A stretch of DNA of 64,000 bases from the NCBI GenBank assembly GCA_051530055.1, contig CM121342.1, positions 11,299,480 to 11,363,479 on the forward strand. The letters are read 5' to 3'. Positions 51,996 to 64,000 of this stretch are shown here, piece after piece. Below the pieces are notes generated by a model. That model did not search any database and had not been told where the DNA came from. It saw only the letters and a program-made list of their open reading frames with translations. Source of the stretch: Neoechinorhynchus agilis. Lineage: Eukaryota; Animalia; Acanthocephala. The first letter of the stretch is position 1. Each line of letters begins with the position of its first letter. The translations under genes and the position numbers were made by a program.

Positions 51996-52220
51996 TTATT
52001 TTTTCATAATTTTTAAAAATTCATCGAAATTTAATCGATGATCTCCATCAATATCAGCCTTCGCCATCATCTTACATACATCTTTCTTTGTGAATTTTTC
52101 TCCCATTTCCTTTGCACCTAGTCGAAGTTCATTAGGTGTGATGAAACCATCTTTGTTTGTGTCGCATAGATTAAAGGCAAATTTAATCATTTCCAATTCC
52201 TCTTTACCAACTTTTTGCAT
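51996..52220 (-). CDS. Calmodulin-like two-EF-hand protein (74 aa)
   Basis: EF loops DTNKDGFITPNE and DIDGDHRLNFDE; a probable 5'UTR intron lies upstream (gtgagt donor at ~52336). Confidence 0.85.
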   Translation of the reverse strand: MQKVGKEELEMIKFAFNLCDTNKDGFITPNELRLGAKEMGEKFTKKDVCKMMAKADIDGDHRLNFDEFLKIMKK

Positions 52221-52686
52221 TTTGTCTTAAACGCGTAAGGCTTTTTCTTTTAAATTCGACTACGAAAAAATGATTCACATTTTAAAAACAAAATTTTTAA
52301 GTGCGCAAAATTGGTGAGCAATTTAATTTACTCACCTGTTTGTTATTTTTTCGCAAATCTTCAAATAAACGTTATGCCTATCTTTAAAATTGTGGCAGAA
52401 TTTTTTATCCAAATGAAATTGAGCAAATTAATTAGTTCACTTAATTAAGTCATTTACTTTTATAAAACTCTGTTCTCGAATACCGTTCAGTCTTATGCCC
52501 GAAAATTCTGATTAAATGTTATTAAATTTATGTGGCATCTTGCTGCTCTTATTGGTCGTATTAATTAGACTGTAACGATTCATTGACGTATAGTAAAAAA
52601 ATTGCTTCTTTTTTTGGTTCTCGATTATTTTGCAGTTTTAAGATGCGTCCCAAAGCTGGAGGTGGATCCCGTGGTTACGTTTTCGG

Positions 52687-53373
52687 TTACATGGGATATC
52701 TACCTCCGTATCCTGCACCAGGATAGCCGCTATTCATTGACGGTTGCCCATAACCTCCACCACCATACATCGGCGGTTGTCCATAGCCTCCACCTCCGTA
52801 TTGCGGTTGTCCGTAGCCTCCACCACCGTACATTGGTGGTTGCCCATAACCTCCACCACCGTACATCGGCGGTTGTCCAGAGCCTCCACCCCCGTATCGC
52901 GGTGGTCCATATCCACCTCCTCCTCCGTACATCGGCGGTTGTCCAGAGCCTCCACCCCCGTATCGCGGTGGTCCATATCCACCTCCTCCTCCGTACATCG
53001 GCGGTTGTCCAGAGCCTCCACCCCCGTATCGCGGTGGTCCATATCCACCTCCTCCTCCGTACATCGGCGGTTGTCCAGAGCCTCCACCCCCGTATCGCGG
53101 TGGTCCATATCCACCTCCTCCTCCGTACATCGGCGGTTGTCCAGAGCCTCCACCCCCGTATCGCGGTGGTCCATATCCACCTCCTCCTCCGTACATCGGC
53201 GGTTGTCCAGAGCCTCCACCACCGTACATGGGCGGTTGTCCATAGCCTCCACCTCCATATCGCGGAGGTCCATAGCCTCCACCTCCGTACATCGGCGGTT
53301 GTCCATATCCACCTTCTCCTCCAAACGGCAAGTTACCACCCAAGCCCTGAAGAACATTTTGCAGGAAATCCAT
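52687..53373 (-). CDS. Gly/Tyr/Pro-rich tandem-repeat protein (66-nt unit [22 protein letters not shown])
   Basis: About 5 near-identical 66-nt units plus shorter variants. The Gly-rich frame is the only protein-like one. The true N-terminus may lie in an upstream exon. Confidence 0.75.
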   Translation of the reverse strand: MDFLQNVLQGLGGNLPFGGEGGYGQPPMYGGGGYGPPRYGGGGYGQPPMYGGGGSGQPPMYGGGGGYGPPRYGGGGSGQPPMYGGGGGYGPPRYGGGGSGQPPMYGGGGGYGPPRYGGGGSGQPPMYGGGGGYGPPRYGGGGSGQPPMYGGGGGYGPPRYGGGGSGQPPMYGGGGYGQPPMYGGGGYGQPQYGGGGYGQPPMYGGGGYGQPSMNSGYPGAGYGGRYPM

Positions 53374-54289
53374 TCCCAAGAATTAAATGTGATAATGATG
53401 TAAAACAAGAGAGGATTTTTCTTATGAACTTTATAAATGACTCAAAACGCGTACATCGCTCATGCGTGAAAATTTTTACAACCGAACTACTTTCTTTTAA
53501 AATATGTTGTCATGATAGTTTAGTCGACTCACTTTATACGCAGTTGTGAACTTTTTGAGCAACGAATTCGAATTATATAATTTTGGCCGTGTTCACAAAT
53601 ATCAATGCCATTTAATAAGGTCAATCAGTCGTGGATGGCTGGTAATTGAAATTTATCAGTTCAAAAAATAAGACTGAAATGAAGCTCAAATAATAAATTT
53701 TGAACGATTAAGCGCGAGACGTTTAATTTTTAAATGAGCGAAATGAAGACTACAAGTGAGCTGATGTACGCTAGCATGTGAACTTGTTGCGTGCGAAACT
53801 ATGAACTACGCTTTTAGTATCTTTTCCATTGTTAACTTAAAGAGATGTATATATTCACCTTTTTCAGATTCTTCTAATAAAAAAGAATGGCCTTGGAGGC
53901 TAAGTGTGTAAATTTCGCTTAGGTGTTCTTCAAAGGGTTTCACTATTTCCACTAAGGATCAAAATTAAATATTGTTTAGTAGAAACTCACTGTGAAAGCT
54001 TGGTTATATCTAACGACCAATCAAGATAAATGATTATCGTTTTTACTATCATTAAAAAGCCACACACCTCATTGTAAGTAAAAACTTCTTAAGCACCTAA
54101 AAATCAGTCTGGGTCTTCATTTACTACGCAAATGTTTGTGTGGCAGTTGGTCGCACGAAAACGAAAATGATTTTGATAGAATTCGCTCTGGCGAGGACGA
54201 ACATTTTATTGGTTAGAGGATAACTAAATTAGATGAAGCTAACAAGTAAAATAAAAACACAGTATGTTTAGAAATACCAAGAAAAAGAA

Positions 54290-55420
54290 CGTCTTGCATG
54301 ATTTGCGTGGGCGATGAGCGCATGTCTGCCAGGGTATCTTAGTTTATTAAAAAGGTCAAATTATCAGTTTGGATGTCCAATAAGATACAGAAATTAAAAG
54401 TGATGATCAAATCAATAGACTTCAGAATAAATGGACCTAAATCAATATGATTTTGACGACTAACAAAATAATACGAAATGACGAATCGGGAAAAGGACTA
54501 TGTATATTGTTCACATTTTCGTTAGCTGTGCTCATTCTGATATTGTGCTCGTATTTTGTGCCCTAATTTCAATTTGAAAATGCGGTTTCCAAATGAGCAA
54601 GTCAATACAAAATCCTCGCAGAAACATTACAGAATTTGATTAAAAGATAACTGCAAGAAAGATTCATAAATTATAGTTTAGGTATGTTATTGTTTTTATG
54701 TGTGTTCTTTGGTGATGATAAAAATCGATATTGATTTATTAATTCTCAATGTTTCGTCCGTCTCGTCGGACTTCTTCAGGTTGTGTTCGAAGAAAAATAC
54801 AAGTAAGTTTTACCCGAGAGGGATCTTTAAATTCAAATAAATATTTCGGCTAAACTCACGACGTGATTGTTCATTATCGTCTTAATTGAGCAATAGCTTT
54901 CCAGGGGATGGCAACGCTGCTTTGAATTAAAAAAATTCGATCCCACAACGAAAATAAAAGTTACAAAGTCGCTCGAATTACGGCTATCAATTTTAATTTT
55001 ATAATAAACAATCGATTACGTCACGAATGTATAGGCTAAAATTTACGTAATCGGAGGCTATAAGAAATTCGACTTTCGTGATACAATCAAATTCTTATCA
55101 TCAAAATCAAACTCATAGCCTTTGATTACGTAATTTTTGCCAATGCGTTCGTGACGTCATCGATTGTTCATTATAAAATTCGACCTCATTGCCGTCATTT
55201 GGACTATGTAAACGAGTTGGTCATTCGTCGTGCATGAAGTGCACTTCTTCAATGGCAGTTGAGATTAGAAAGTATGACTGGCAATGCTTCGATTGTAAGA
55301 CCTGCTCAAGGTGCGGAAAAGCTGGGTGCGATGATCAACTTCTGTTCTGCGATCGATGCGATAAAGGCCATTATACGTACTGTCTGGAACCTAAGCTTAC
55401 CCATGCTTTAAAAGACGAAT
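54290..55420 (+). CDS. DPF/PHF10-like double PHD finger gene (partial, possibly a pseudogene)
   Basis: CKRVGHSSC...KYDWQCFDCKTCSRCGKAGCDDQLLFCDRCDKGHYTYCL, with CMICVGDE upstream. The upstream junctions need non-canonical introns and a 1-nt frameshift. Confidence 0.7.
54967..55204. mobile_element. Palindromic MITE family C; second copy/arm at ~56060-56186
   Basis: The arms gtcgctcgaattacggcta...ttataat and attataaaatt...catagccgccattcgagcgac are mutually inverted. Confidence 0.65.
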
Positions 55421-56864
55421 GTATGTGTGCGAAGTCATTCGCGCGACCATCGGCTGTGGAATTTAATTAGAAATTAAATATTTAAAAAAAACAATTTGAT
55501 GCCGTCACAAAAGGTCCGTAAAAAATCCGACAACCGTCGGCTGTAAGATTAAATTCCATATTGAAAAATGAAACTGCTCATGATTGTTGTGTAGTGGCGA
55601 CATCAAAATCATGGTTCGCGGTGACTTACGCATTGACAGAGTAATCATGGAGGCCATAATAATTCGATAATCAAAAACGGTGGAAGGCAACAAAGCGGAT
55701 CACGTTTTATAGATGAGAGTCGTGTAAATGTTCTCGTAACCTTTCATGTCTTTATAAAGGCTCTGGATTCAGCCGAAATATCGATTCAATGAATTTACAT
55801 AATTTTTGTCGCCACTACACAGCAATTAAATTCCATCTCGACATTTCGAAGACGTCACTGAAGTATATTTTGCAATTGTAAACCAAAAACCGGGTATGAG
55901 ACAAAACGTTTGATTACTTCACTAACCTATAGTAGGTAAATAAATTAGGCAACCGTCGGCTGTAAGATTAAATTCCATCTCGACATTTCGATGACGTCAC
56001 CTGTATTCAGGTTGCAAAAGCCACGAAAACACCGACTGGGAAATTAAATTACATCATAAAAATTGGATAACGTCACGAAAGTCGAACTTCTCATAGCCTT
56101 CGATTACGTCACTTTCTTACCTATGAGTTCGTAACACCATCGAATTTTTATTATAAAATTCAAACTCATAGCCGCCATTCGAGCGACTTTTCAACCATAA
56201 TGCGGGTGCTTACTTAATTTTGTTTAATTTATTTCTTGAACATGAAAAACGTTTCCATCGGCCTTTGTAGCATCTTCGAATTCACATTTCGGTTCCGACG
56301 ACCATCAAAAAGTGTCGTTATTTGAAATTCGATCAAAGAAAGCATTAATGTCTAGGCGCGAAGCACACGCAAAGGTGGATCTACGCGATATTCGGTCGGG
56401 AATTTTAGTTTTCACCAAAACGGATTCGGGTATTTGGAGCAAAGCAGTCTTGTTTCAATTAAATCAGATCGATTTTTATGCTCATTTCTTTTCAATAGTG
56501 GAAATTCAAATGCCGACACATATGAAAACTTTTTAAGTTCAAAAGGTTTTATTTCCAGTGATGCTCCATTGCATAATCCACCAGCAGAATCTCCGTGGAA
56601 AGCAGTTGAATTTCGATTGATGATTGTCGTTAAATTTATTAACTTCGTTAGGTTGAAAGAGTCAAATCACGGAAGGTTAAAAGAATATCTGAATGAAACT
56701 GAGTCCGCTGGTTGAATCGGACCAAAGTATTAAAACATGCATCAAACGAAGGACTAGTTGTCGGAAATCAATTTTCTCGTTTTATACGTCAACCGCATTT
56801 ATAGGCACATCATTGATAATTTCGTGGAATATAAGTAAAGGTAGCCAGTAATGAACCAAGAAGT

Positions 56865-59390
56865 GTGGTCCAGAAGCCAGTCGTTTTACCGAACCTTCGA
56901 TCATTTCGAGGTGGATTTATTATAGAGAATATGGTTGATGCATTGCACCATCAAATGGTGAAGATTGATTCCGATGTTGGATGTTCGAATGCAATAATAT
57001 CGATAAACGCAGCAACCAAATTAAATCGAAATGATGAGAGCAAGACGCTACAAATACTCCGGTCGAAGCACCCATGTAGTAGCGGAAGTTTTGAAATTCC
57101 ATCTCCTCCCATACAAGACTGGACGCCCACTCAAATTTCAGAGTTACAAAAGGCCATCTCATCTTTTGCAAATGGTTCGGGTCACGGGCTTGACGGACTA
57201 AGGCCTCAGCACCTAAAGGACATGATGTCCTTTTCAACTGGTGAAGCAGCTCTCTCTCTAGGAAGTGCGCTATCTCGGTTAGTTGACCGCCTGACTGGAG
57301 AGGACCTGAACCACGTTGCAAAGGACCTATTTTTCGGAGCATCATTATGTGCCCTCAGAAAAAATAAGGCGGGATTCGTCCCATCGCCGTATCCTCGGCG
57401 ATACGCCGACTTGCAGGAAAAATTCTCTGTAAACGTATTACAGAGAAAACCGGACAGCAACTTCGTCCAGTCCAACTGGGCTGATGCACATCCTGCGGGC
57501 GGAAACTATTGTCCACTCGCTCCGAAACTTTGCTATGAGAAGCTCAGAGCTGTGCGTGATTCTTAAGTGTGATTTTCAGAACGCCTTTAACTCTCTCAAT
57601 GGAGAAGCCATGTTCTGCGCAATCAGGGATCATGCCCCAGAAGCCTTCCAGTATTTTCTCAATGCCTACGGGACGGCGACTCCTTTGCTTTTCGAAGACC
57701 ACCTCATTTGGTCCGAAAGAGGAGTGTAGCAAGGAGATCCCCTCGGTCCAATCGCATTCTCACTAACAGTAAATCCAATAGCGCATTCTCTCCATTCCAG
57801 CTTTAACGCTTGGTACTTGAATGACGCTACGCTCGGAGGTGATCCCTCCGTTGTACTGCGCGATTTGGAGACGCTGATTAGGGAGACCTCGAAGATGGGC
57901 ATTGAGCTCAATGCTGGAAAATGTGAGCTCCTTGTATTGAATATTGGAGACGCCGCCAAAGTCAAAGAACTAATGGCTGGGTTCGAGGCCGTAGCTCCAG
58001 GTCTGAAACTCGTGACTCGGGAACAACTCAGCCTCCTGGGCAGTTGCGTCTTCGATTCAAATGTGGAAGATGAGATCGGCCATATCATACCGAAACTTTC
58101 GTTGCTGTGCGATAGGGTGTGCGCTCTCTCGGCTCATGAAGCCTTGTTTCTCATAAAGAACGCGCTCTTCATCCCCAAATTATTGTACAAGGTTCGCACA
58201 GCAACATTTTTCAAACATAAGGAAGGATTGGCTAAGCTCGACGGCAAGGTGAGGGCTTGTCTCGAGCGTATTTTAAATGTCCAGCTCTCAGATGAGGCGT
58301 GGCGACAAGCTTCTTTGCCTGTGTCATCTGGGGGATTGGGGATTCGGGCACTAGTGGACCTTGCTTTGCCGGCCTTTCTTGGATCGTTTGATGGGAGCCT
58401 AACAGTATCGAAGAAAATTTTGAAGGAAAAGTTCTGCCTTGACCGGGATTTCATGGTGACGGTTGAGGAATGGTGCCAGCAGACAGGCGCTAACCATGTT
58501 CCCGTGAATGGTCTCAGACAGTCGACCTGGGACGGACCTCTTGTCGCGAGAGCTCACAGCTCTCTACTTTCAGGTTCTCGCGATGGGGTCGTCCGAGCTA
58601 GACTGTTGGCAGTTTCAACACGAAAATCTGGGGCGTGGTTGGAGGATGTTCCTCTGGCATCAGTGGGAACTCTTCTTACTGATGAGGTAACGAGGATCGC
58701 AGTATCCTTAAGACTCGGTCTCCCGATATGCACGCCCCATCGCTGTCGATGTGGGTCTTTGGTTGATGCTTTCGGGCGACACGGTCTCGTCTGCAGAAGG
58801 TCAGGAGGAAGGTTATCACGCCATTCTGAAATCAATAACGCAATTTCTCGGGCGTTGAGAACGGCGAACTTCCCGAACATCCTGGAACCCGGAACCCGCA
58901 AACCTTTGTCGACTAGACGGCCGTAGGTCCGATGGAATTTCGGTCTTCTCGTGTCGGGAGGGCAAATGCCTTCTTGGGGACGCCACGTGTGTGGACACCC
59001 TCGCAGCCAGCAACATCCGCTACTCCCTCGAAATCGCCGGTGGTGCCGCCAGTGCAGCGGAAGGGAGGAAAATACGCAAATATATTCAGTTATCGAGGGC
59101 TCACTATTTTGTTCCCTTTGAGGTAGAGACGTATGGAGCGCTCGCAGCTCGGCACTCTCTCTGCTCCAGGATCTCTCGAAGAAATTGAGAAAGGCAACCG
59201 GAGACTCAAGAGCAGGTGTATTCCTTCGACAAAATATCTCGCTGGCAGTACAACGAGGCAATGCTGCCAGCGTGATGGCGACGGTCGAGGAAGGACAAAA
59301 GCTGGAATTTGGCGGGAGGTGGTGAGTGTGCTTCAAACAGATTGTTTGAATTGTTAAAAATATATTATGTTTTCAAAAAAAATCGACAGC
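56865..59390 (+). mobile_element. CRE-like non-LTR retrotransposon (RT, CCHC zinc motif, PD-(D/E)xK endonuclease), inactivated
   Basis: GLDGLRPQHLKD, DFQNAFNS, GV*QGDPLGP, WYLNDATLGG, GGLGIR, CRCG..VDAFGRHGLVC, RHSEIN, QRGN-type C-terminus and an A-rich tail, with stops and frameshifts. Confidence 0.88.
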
Positions 59391-60829
59391 ATGATTCATA
59401 AAACGTTCCAAACAATTCGTACCGAAGCCGTTTTTGATGAAGTGATATTCGATAGGTGAACGAAATTTCATAATTTTTGCATATTTGCCGAAACTATACT
59501 AAACCTACAGCTTGAAATATTAACGAGTGTGAGTTAATTCCATAACGGGTGTTAGCGACGACTGTATTTTTGGCCCAGAAAACAGATAGTGGCTATTTTA
59601 ATTTTGCAACCGTAAACTTTGATTTCGTAAGAACGTTCATATTACTCAGTGATAATGTTTTTTATTTTGACTTTTAAGACAGTGAAATTCCTCAAATATT
59701 TCATCGATAGTTCCACAGATTAGACACAATCTGCACTCCGAAATATTAAGACGTATTATAAAACTTCTTTGTTACTACTGTCTGAGCTAATTATAGGCTC
59801 AAAAAGTAAGGTTAGCAACGACGTTAATTTTCTCACATTTCTCATTTACATGGCCCTTGTACGAAATCGTTCGTTCTGCTAAGGTCGCCACTCTGTATAT
59901 ATTGCAATTATTAACATCCAGTGAAGACTCGACACTATCTGACTAAGCAACTGTGTACAAAATTCATGAAAATCACGATATTGATTTCTCCAGTGTGTTC
60001 CTGGAAAGATGCGCTAAATCGATTGCAACTGACAACGAAATGAACAAGAAGGTGACAGTAGAGATGTTAAAACTTGGAGATGTGCTGGAAGATTTTGGGT
60101 AGCTAGCATATACTATAGTAAGGATTTCTACGAAGCATGAGCCAGGTCATAAGAATAGACACCTGTACACGCATCTGATGGCATACACTCCTTTATCAGT
60201 CCACATGCGACTGGAAACATGGAGAGGGTTTACTCGGATCACGGAGTTTGAATTTCCCAACGGCCAGAAGACGTGTTTGCTTGGGCAGGAAAACATTGGA
60301 AGCGGCCCCATGGATGGGTCAGTTCACACAATCAGCACCCTAGGTTGGAAGAACTGAGTGCCCTGGACCACTGCCTGGCTGCCGAGTGGCTAAGGCGAGC
60401 ACACCGGAGGAGCGCTAATGACAACAAGAAGATTGCATGCCTTCAGAAAACGGATAAAAGTCACTGCCGAAGGTTCGCCATTTCTCAGAATATGTGCGCG
60501 CCAAGCAAGAGAGAATGTTTGCAGGGCTCATTACAGGTACGCGACGCTGATGCAGTACAATAACCACATTCTAACCGGGAAGAGCCCATTCCGAGGCGCC
60601 CCTTGCCTTCAATCATCGCAACTTATTGCTCCCGAAATTGGTACAAAGAGGCAGTGCGAGATATAGTAGGCATGATTTCTGCAGTGGCAAGCCAGGTGGG
60701 CAATATGCTAAGGGAGGGTATGGATCCAAAATTCTATCGCATGATAGCAGTCGAAACAATAAATTGGTTCATGAGCCTGCAAGATGCTCGGGGCTAGTCG
60801 CACAAACTAGCCTCTTAAGAACTGAAGTG

Positions 60830-62350
60830 CGATTCTGCATACCAGATAAAAGAATGATTCAGATTGAAGTGTTGGCTCTGCAAACATTTCATCCTACGAC
60901 AATTCGCGAAAATAAACAAAATTTGCTATGGACACGAAACGTTTTACGAAAAATACGCTGTCGTGGAGGCTAAAGAGTTTTGGGAACCATCTATTGCCAA
61001 GAAAAGCAGAGCATTCTAAGAAAACACAAGAAGGTATTGATGAATTATTTGACGATATCTTGACGGATGCGAGGGTACTATAATTTTTTACCTTGAATAA
61101 TTTATACACTGAGCAAAAATACCTACAAGAAAGTCGTTGTGATACGAAGTTTTGCCTAATGACAAGTTACCATCATAAAGAACTTGAGAACAAACAGAAA
61201 ACGCTAGCGAATGCCTTGTGGCATATTGAGGATTCCAATGGAACTCAGCAGAATACTTGACTCGAAGACAGCCAAAAGAGAAACCAACGCTTAAATCCTA
61301 AGCGAACTCAACAAATCGCAGCGTACAAAAAGGCTCAGAAAGATTGAAACGAATAGATTTCAAAAGGCAAAAAAACAAGGAGACTGGACGATATCCGCAT
61401 TCAAAAATATTACCGTAATTCCTTGAAAAAATTGAAAGATCGAATACCTTTTTAATTCAACCTCAATAACTTATCAGTTTAAGAAGTAGAAATGCTCGAG
61501 CTCATTTCAAATCACTTGGAAGAACACATCGACACCGTTCCACAAAAATGGTGAAACAAAACGTGCACTCAATTCGACGTCGAGGAAACCTTTTAAATAT
61601 GGAAAAAGCACGGTTTTAATTCATGCATAGATCGTATTACGTCGACGTATTCATTTATTAACTTTACATTTTGATATCGCCAGAGAATTGCCAACGTTCC
61701 ACATAATAAAATGTATTCGAGACTGAAAAAGTTGCTTACATTCTACAAGCTTTGTTTTGTAAAAAGATAGAATTATTGAAAAAATTATTCTTTTTTAATT
61801 GTTATTTCGAATGTCTACGATTGATCGAAAAGCAGAAAGTACTTAAAACTAAAGAAGGTTTCGAAAAATTTGAATTGTTAGACACCCGGAAGTGGACGCT
61901 GCCAGTATAGACCGAGAGACACTCAAATGATTGCTAATGGTATGCACATCCGGAACACCTTTCTTGTTCAAGGATCGGTGTTATCTTCATACTGAGAGAG
62001 TTTCTATGGGATCACCTTTGGGTCCAACTGTGGCTAACGTCTACATTAACTATGTAGAACAGCGGACATTGGATAGCACCGCGCAAGAGGCCCGTCCCAG
62101 CTTCTACATTCGATATGTAGATGACATCTTAACCATATTCAAGGAAAAAGCAGATGTGATCAATTTCAAAAATAAAATTGAAGCAATTTTAAGCTTGAAA
62201 TTTACCATTGATGAATGTGACAGGCAAGATTCCCATTTATTGGACGTCTGAATATCGCTAAAACCGGGACAACCACTAGAAACCTTCTTCTATCACAAAC
62301 CAAGTGATAATGGAGTCTACACGCATTTCCAGTCCTTTACTCCCTTCAAA
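60830..62350 (+). mobile_element. Penelope-like element remnant
   Basis: RT motifs SMGSPLGPTVANVYI, YIRYVDDIL and LLDV in 61931-62251, followed by FYHKP and GVYTHF; degraded. Confidence 0.8.
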
Positions 62351-62759
62351 TAAAGAGCATCCTTTTTATCTTGTCAATCATGGATCGCTTGCAATTAAGA
62401 AGAGATTTTTGTATGAAATAAAATGAATATTACAAGCAGATAATTTGAAATGGTCAATTTTATTTTCTGATTAAATGCGATTTTTTACCTTCGTTTATTG
62501 GAACATACAGTTATAGAATTTTTCATTTGGATATTAATTCGACTAAGTAATTTATCGGAAATCGTTGTTGTCAAAGCACATACTGATCAATATTCTAAAA
62601 GAATTATTTATCGGAAATCGTCGTTGTCAAAGCGTATACTGGTCAATATTTTAAAACAATTTTATATTTCATGTCTATCTTATTTTTATCGGAATTAAAT
62701 ACTCTTGTTTCTCAATAACCCCTCGGATCTTCGAACCAATGGAGCATCGAAGTAAACGG

Positions 62760-63960
62760 CTGATCCATAAATCCGCCTACTGTATCCTCGTCAGGAGGCC
62801 GAGTAGGCAACATTTCTACAGTGTTTTTGCTAGGATACACAAACACAATTCTTAGTTTGCCCCCTCGTCCAGGATTTGAAAAATCAGGTTTGATTGTAAC
62901 ATTTAGAATTACATGCTATAAAATAGTTATCGCAGACGATGATGAATCGCACGCATCGGTATAAACTCGGAAACGCTCCATAGAATCTCTTGGCAGACAA
63001 GTGGAGCGTGTTATGTGAACCTAACGAATATTAGATTTTGGCAGTTTACGACCTTTCATCGAAATGGCGTTATCCACAAAAGATTTTGGATCAAGAATAC
63101 CAAACCCAAAATAATTACTTACCCAATATCCAGCTCCATTTTTCCACCATCCTTCGTGCATAGACCGATGAACTATCATATTTGCGTGCTTAACGGACGA
63201 CACTTGACTTCTTTCTTCAAATTTGTTCAAAGCTCACTGGAGCGGAACAGAAAATACTTACTAATTTGTTATCTACGGTGATAAGTAGTACCGATAACAA
63301 GACGGATAAACTGAACTATTGGTTAAAAGGCGAAACATGTGAACTAGTTCAGATGGAAGGATGCACAAAATTTACAATTACAAAAAGGCTGCAGAGATGA
63401 GATTTCTTATGGCACCGCGTCTTCTGTTTGCGTAATCGGGATAAGAAGTAGATTCGAAAAGAAATTTCCATTAATTTCACGGGATGCTTTAACCTTTCAA
63501 ATTGTTCCGGATTTGAATGATGAGACGAACTCTGCACAAGGTTCGTCTGAGCAATATTTGGAGGGATCGAGAGCTTTTGAAACTAACAAGAAGCGAGTTG
63601 TCAAGAAAACCAAAAAATACTACAATGAAAAATCACCGAAAAAATATTTTGATCGTTTAGATCACCAATCGGCTAAAAAAGGTGATCAGGAATATACTGA
63701 AAACGGCTGATGTGCAATTGAAATCTTCATTACACGTACCAATTATACCCGCAGTTATTCGATTTGAAGATTCATCGCTTGTATAACTAGTTTTCAGCGT
63801 AGTACGGCGATGTATGGTTTTTTAGAATACCAGCCACTGCAATCGCGTAATGGGAATTCACTCGTCCATCGGCGGCACAATTATCAAACAAGTGACCACC
63901 ATTACCAGAGGCCATAACTAAGGAAGATCCTAATCCATTGCGTCCCACCCGTGTATTATT
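62760..63960 (-). CDS. Furin/PCSK-like subtilisin proprotein convertase, partial and divergent (5' part outside the window)
   Basis: GRNGLGSSLVMASGNGG...CAADGRVNS..SPYYAEN|CTS and GWWKNGAGYWVSNYFGFGILD match the furin catalytic domain C-terminal half. Middle exons are unresolved. Confidence 0.7.
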
Positions 63961-64000
63961 AGTTAGAATTGTGTTTTCGTATTTCTTAATTTCCTAAACC

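Noticed and set aside
52602-53549. Long ORFs in other frames and on the opposite strand over the Gly-rich repeat
   Set aside because: These are by-products of a stop-free 66-nt tandem repeat.

Overview
This is animal genomic DNA (not prokaryotic). It is AT-rich and compact, with fast-evolving genes, mostly short (~35-115 nt) canonical GT-AG introns, and many retroelement, MITE and satellite remnants. Recognisable genes are a Myc-like bHLH-Zip, an NCOA-like PAS/Q-rich protein, SPT2, ALG8, transportin-3, MIF, SLC30A9, a Kv channel subunit, U2AF35, TFIIE-beta, an EF-hand protein, a Gly/Tyr/Pro-rich repeat protein, a DPF-like double-PHD gene and part of a furin-like convertase. The main observation is that several conserved genes (U2AF35, ALG8 twice, TNPO3, Kv, and more weakly the PAS gene, SLC30A9, DPF and furin) are interrupted by segments whose removal restores the conserved protein. 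For the two ALG8 segments and the U2AF35 segment I found no usable GT-AG pair. The best cases share one geometry: they start with A, have AA at about +6/+7, have TT at about -7/-6, and their ends base-pair. Four of the five best cases are flanked by a duplicated TA, cut as T|A...T|A. This looks like a second, structure-defined, probably MITE-derived class of non-canonical introns coexisting with normal spliceosomal introns. All splice models are manual reconstructions from DNA and need RNA confirmation.
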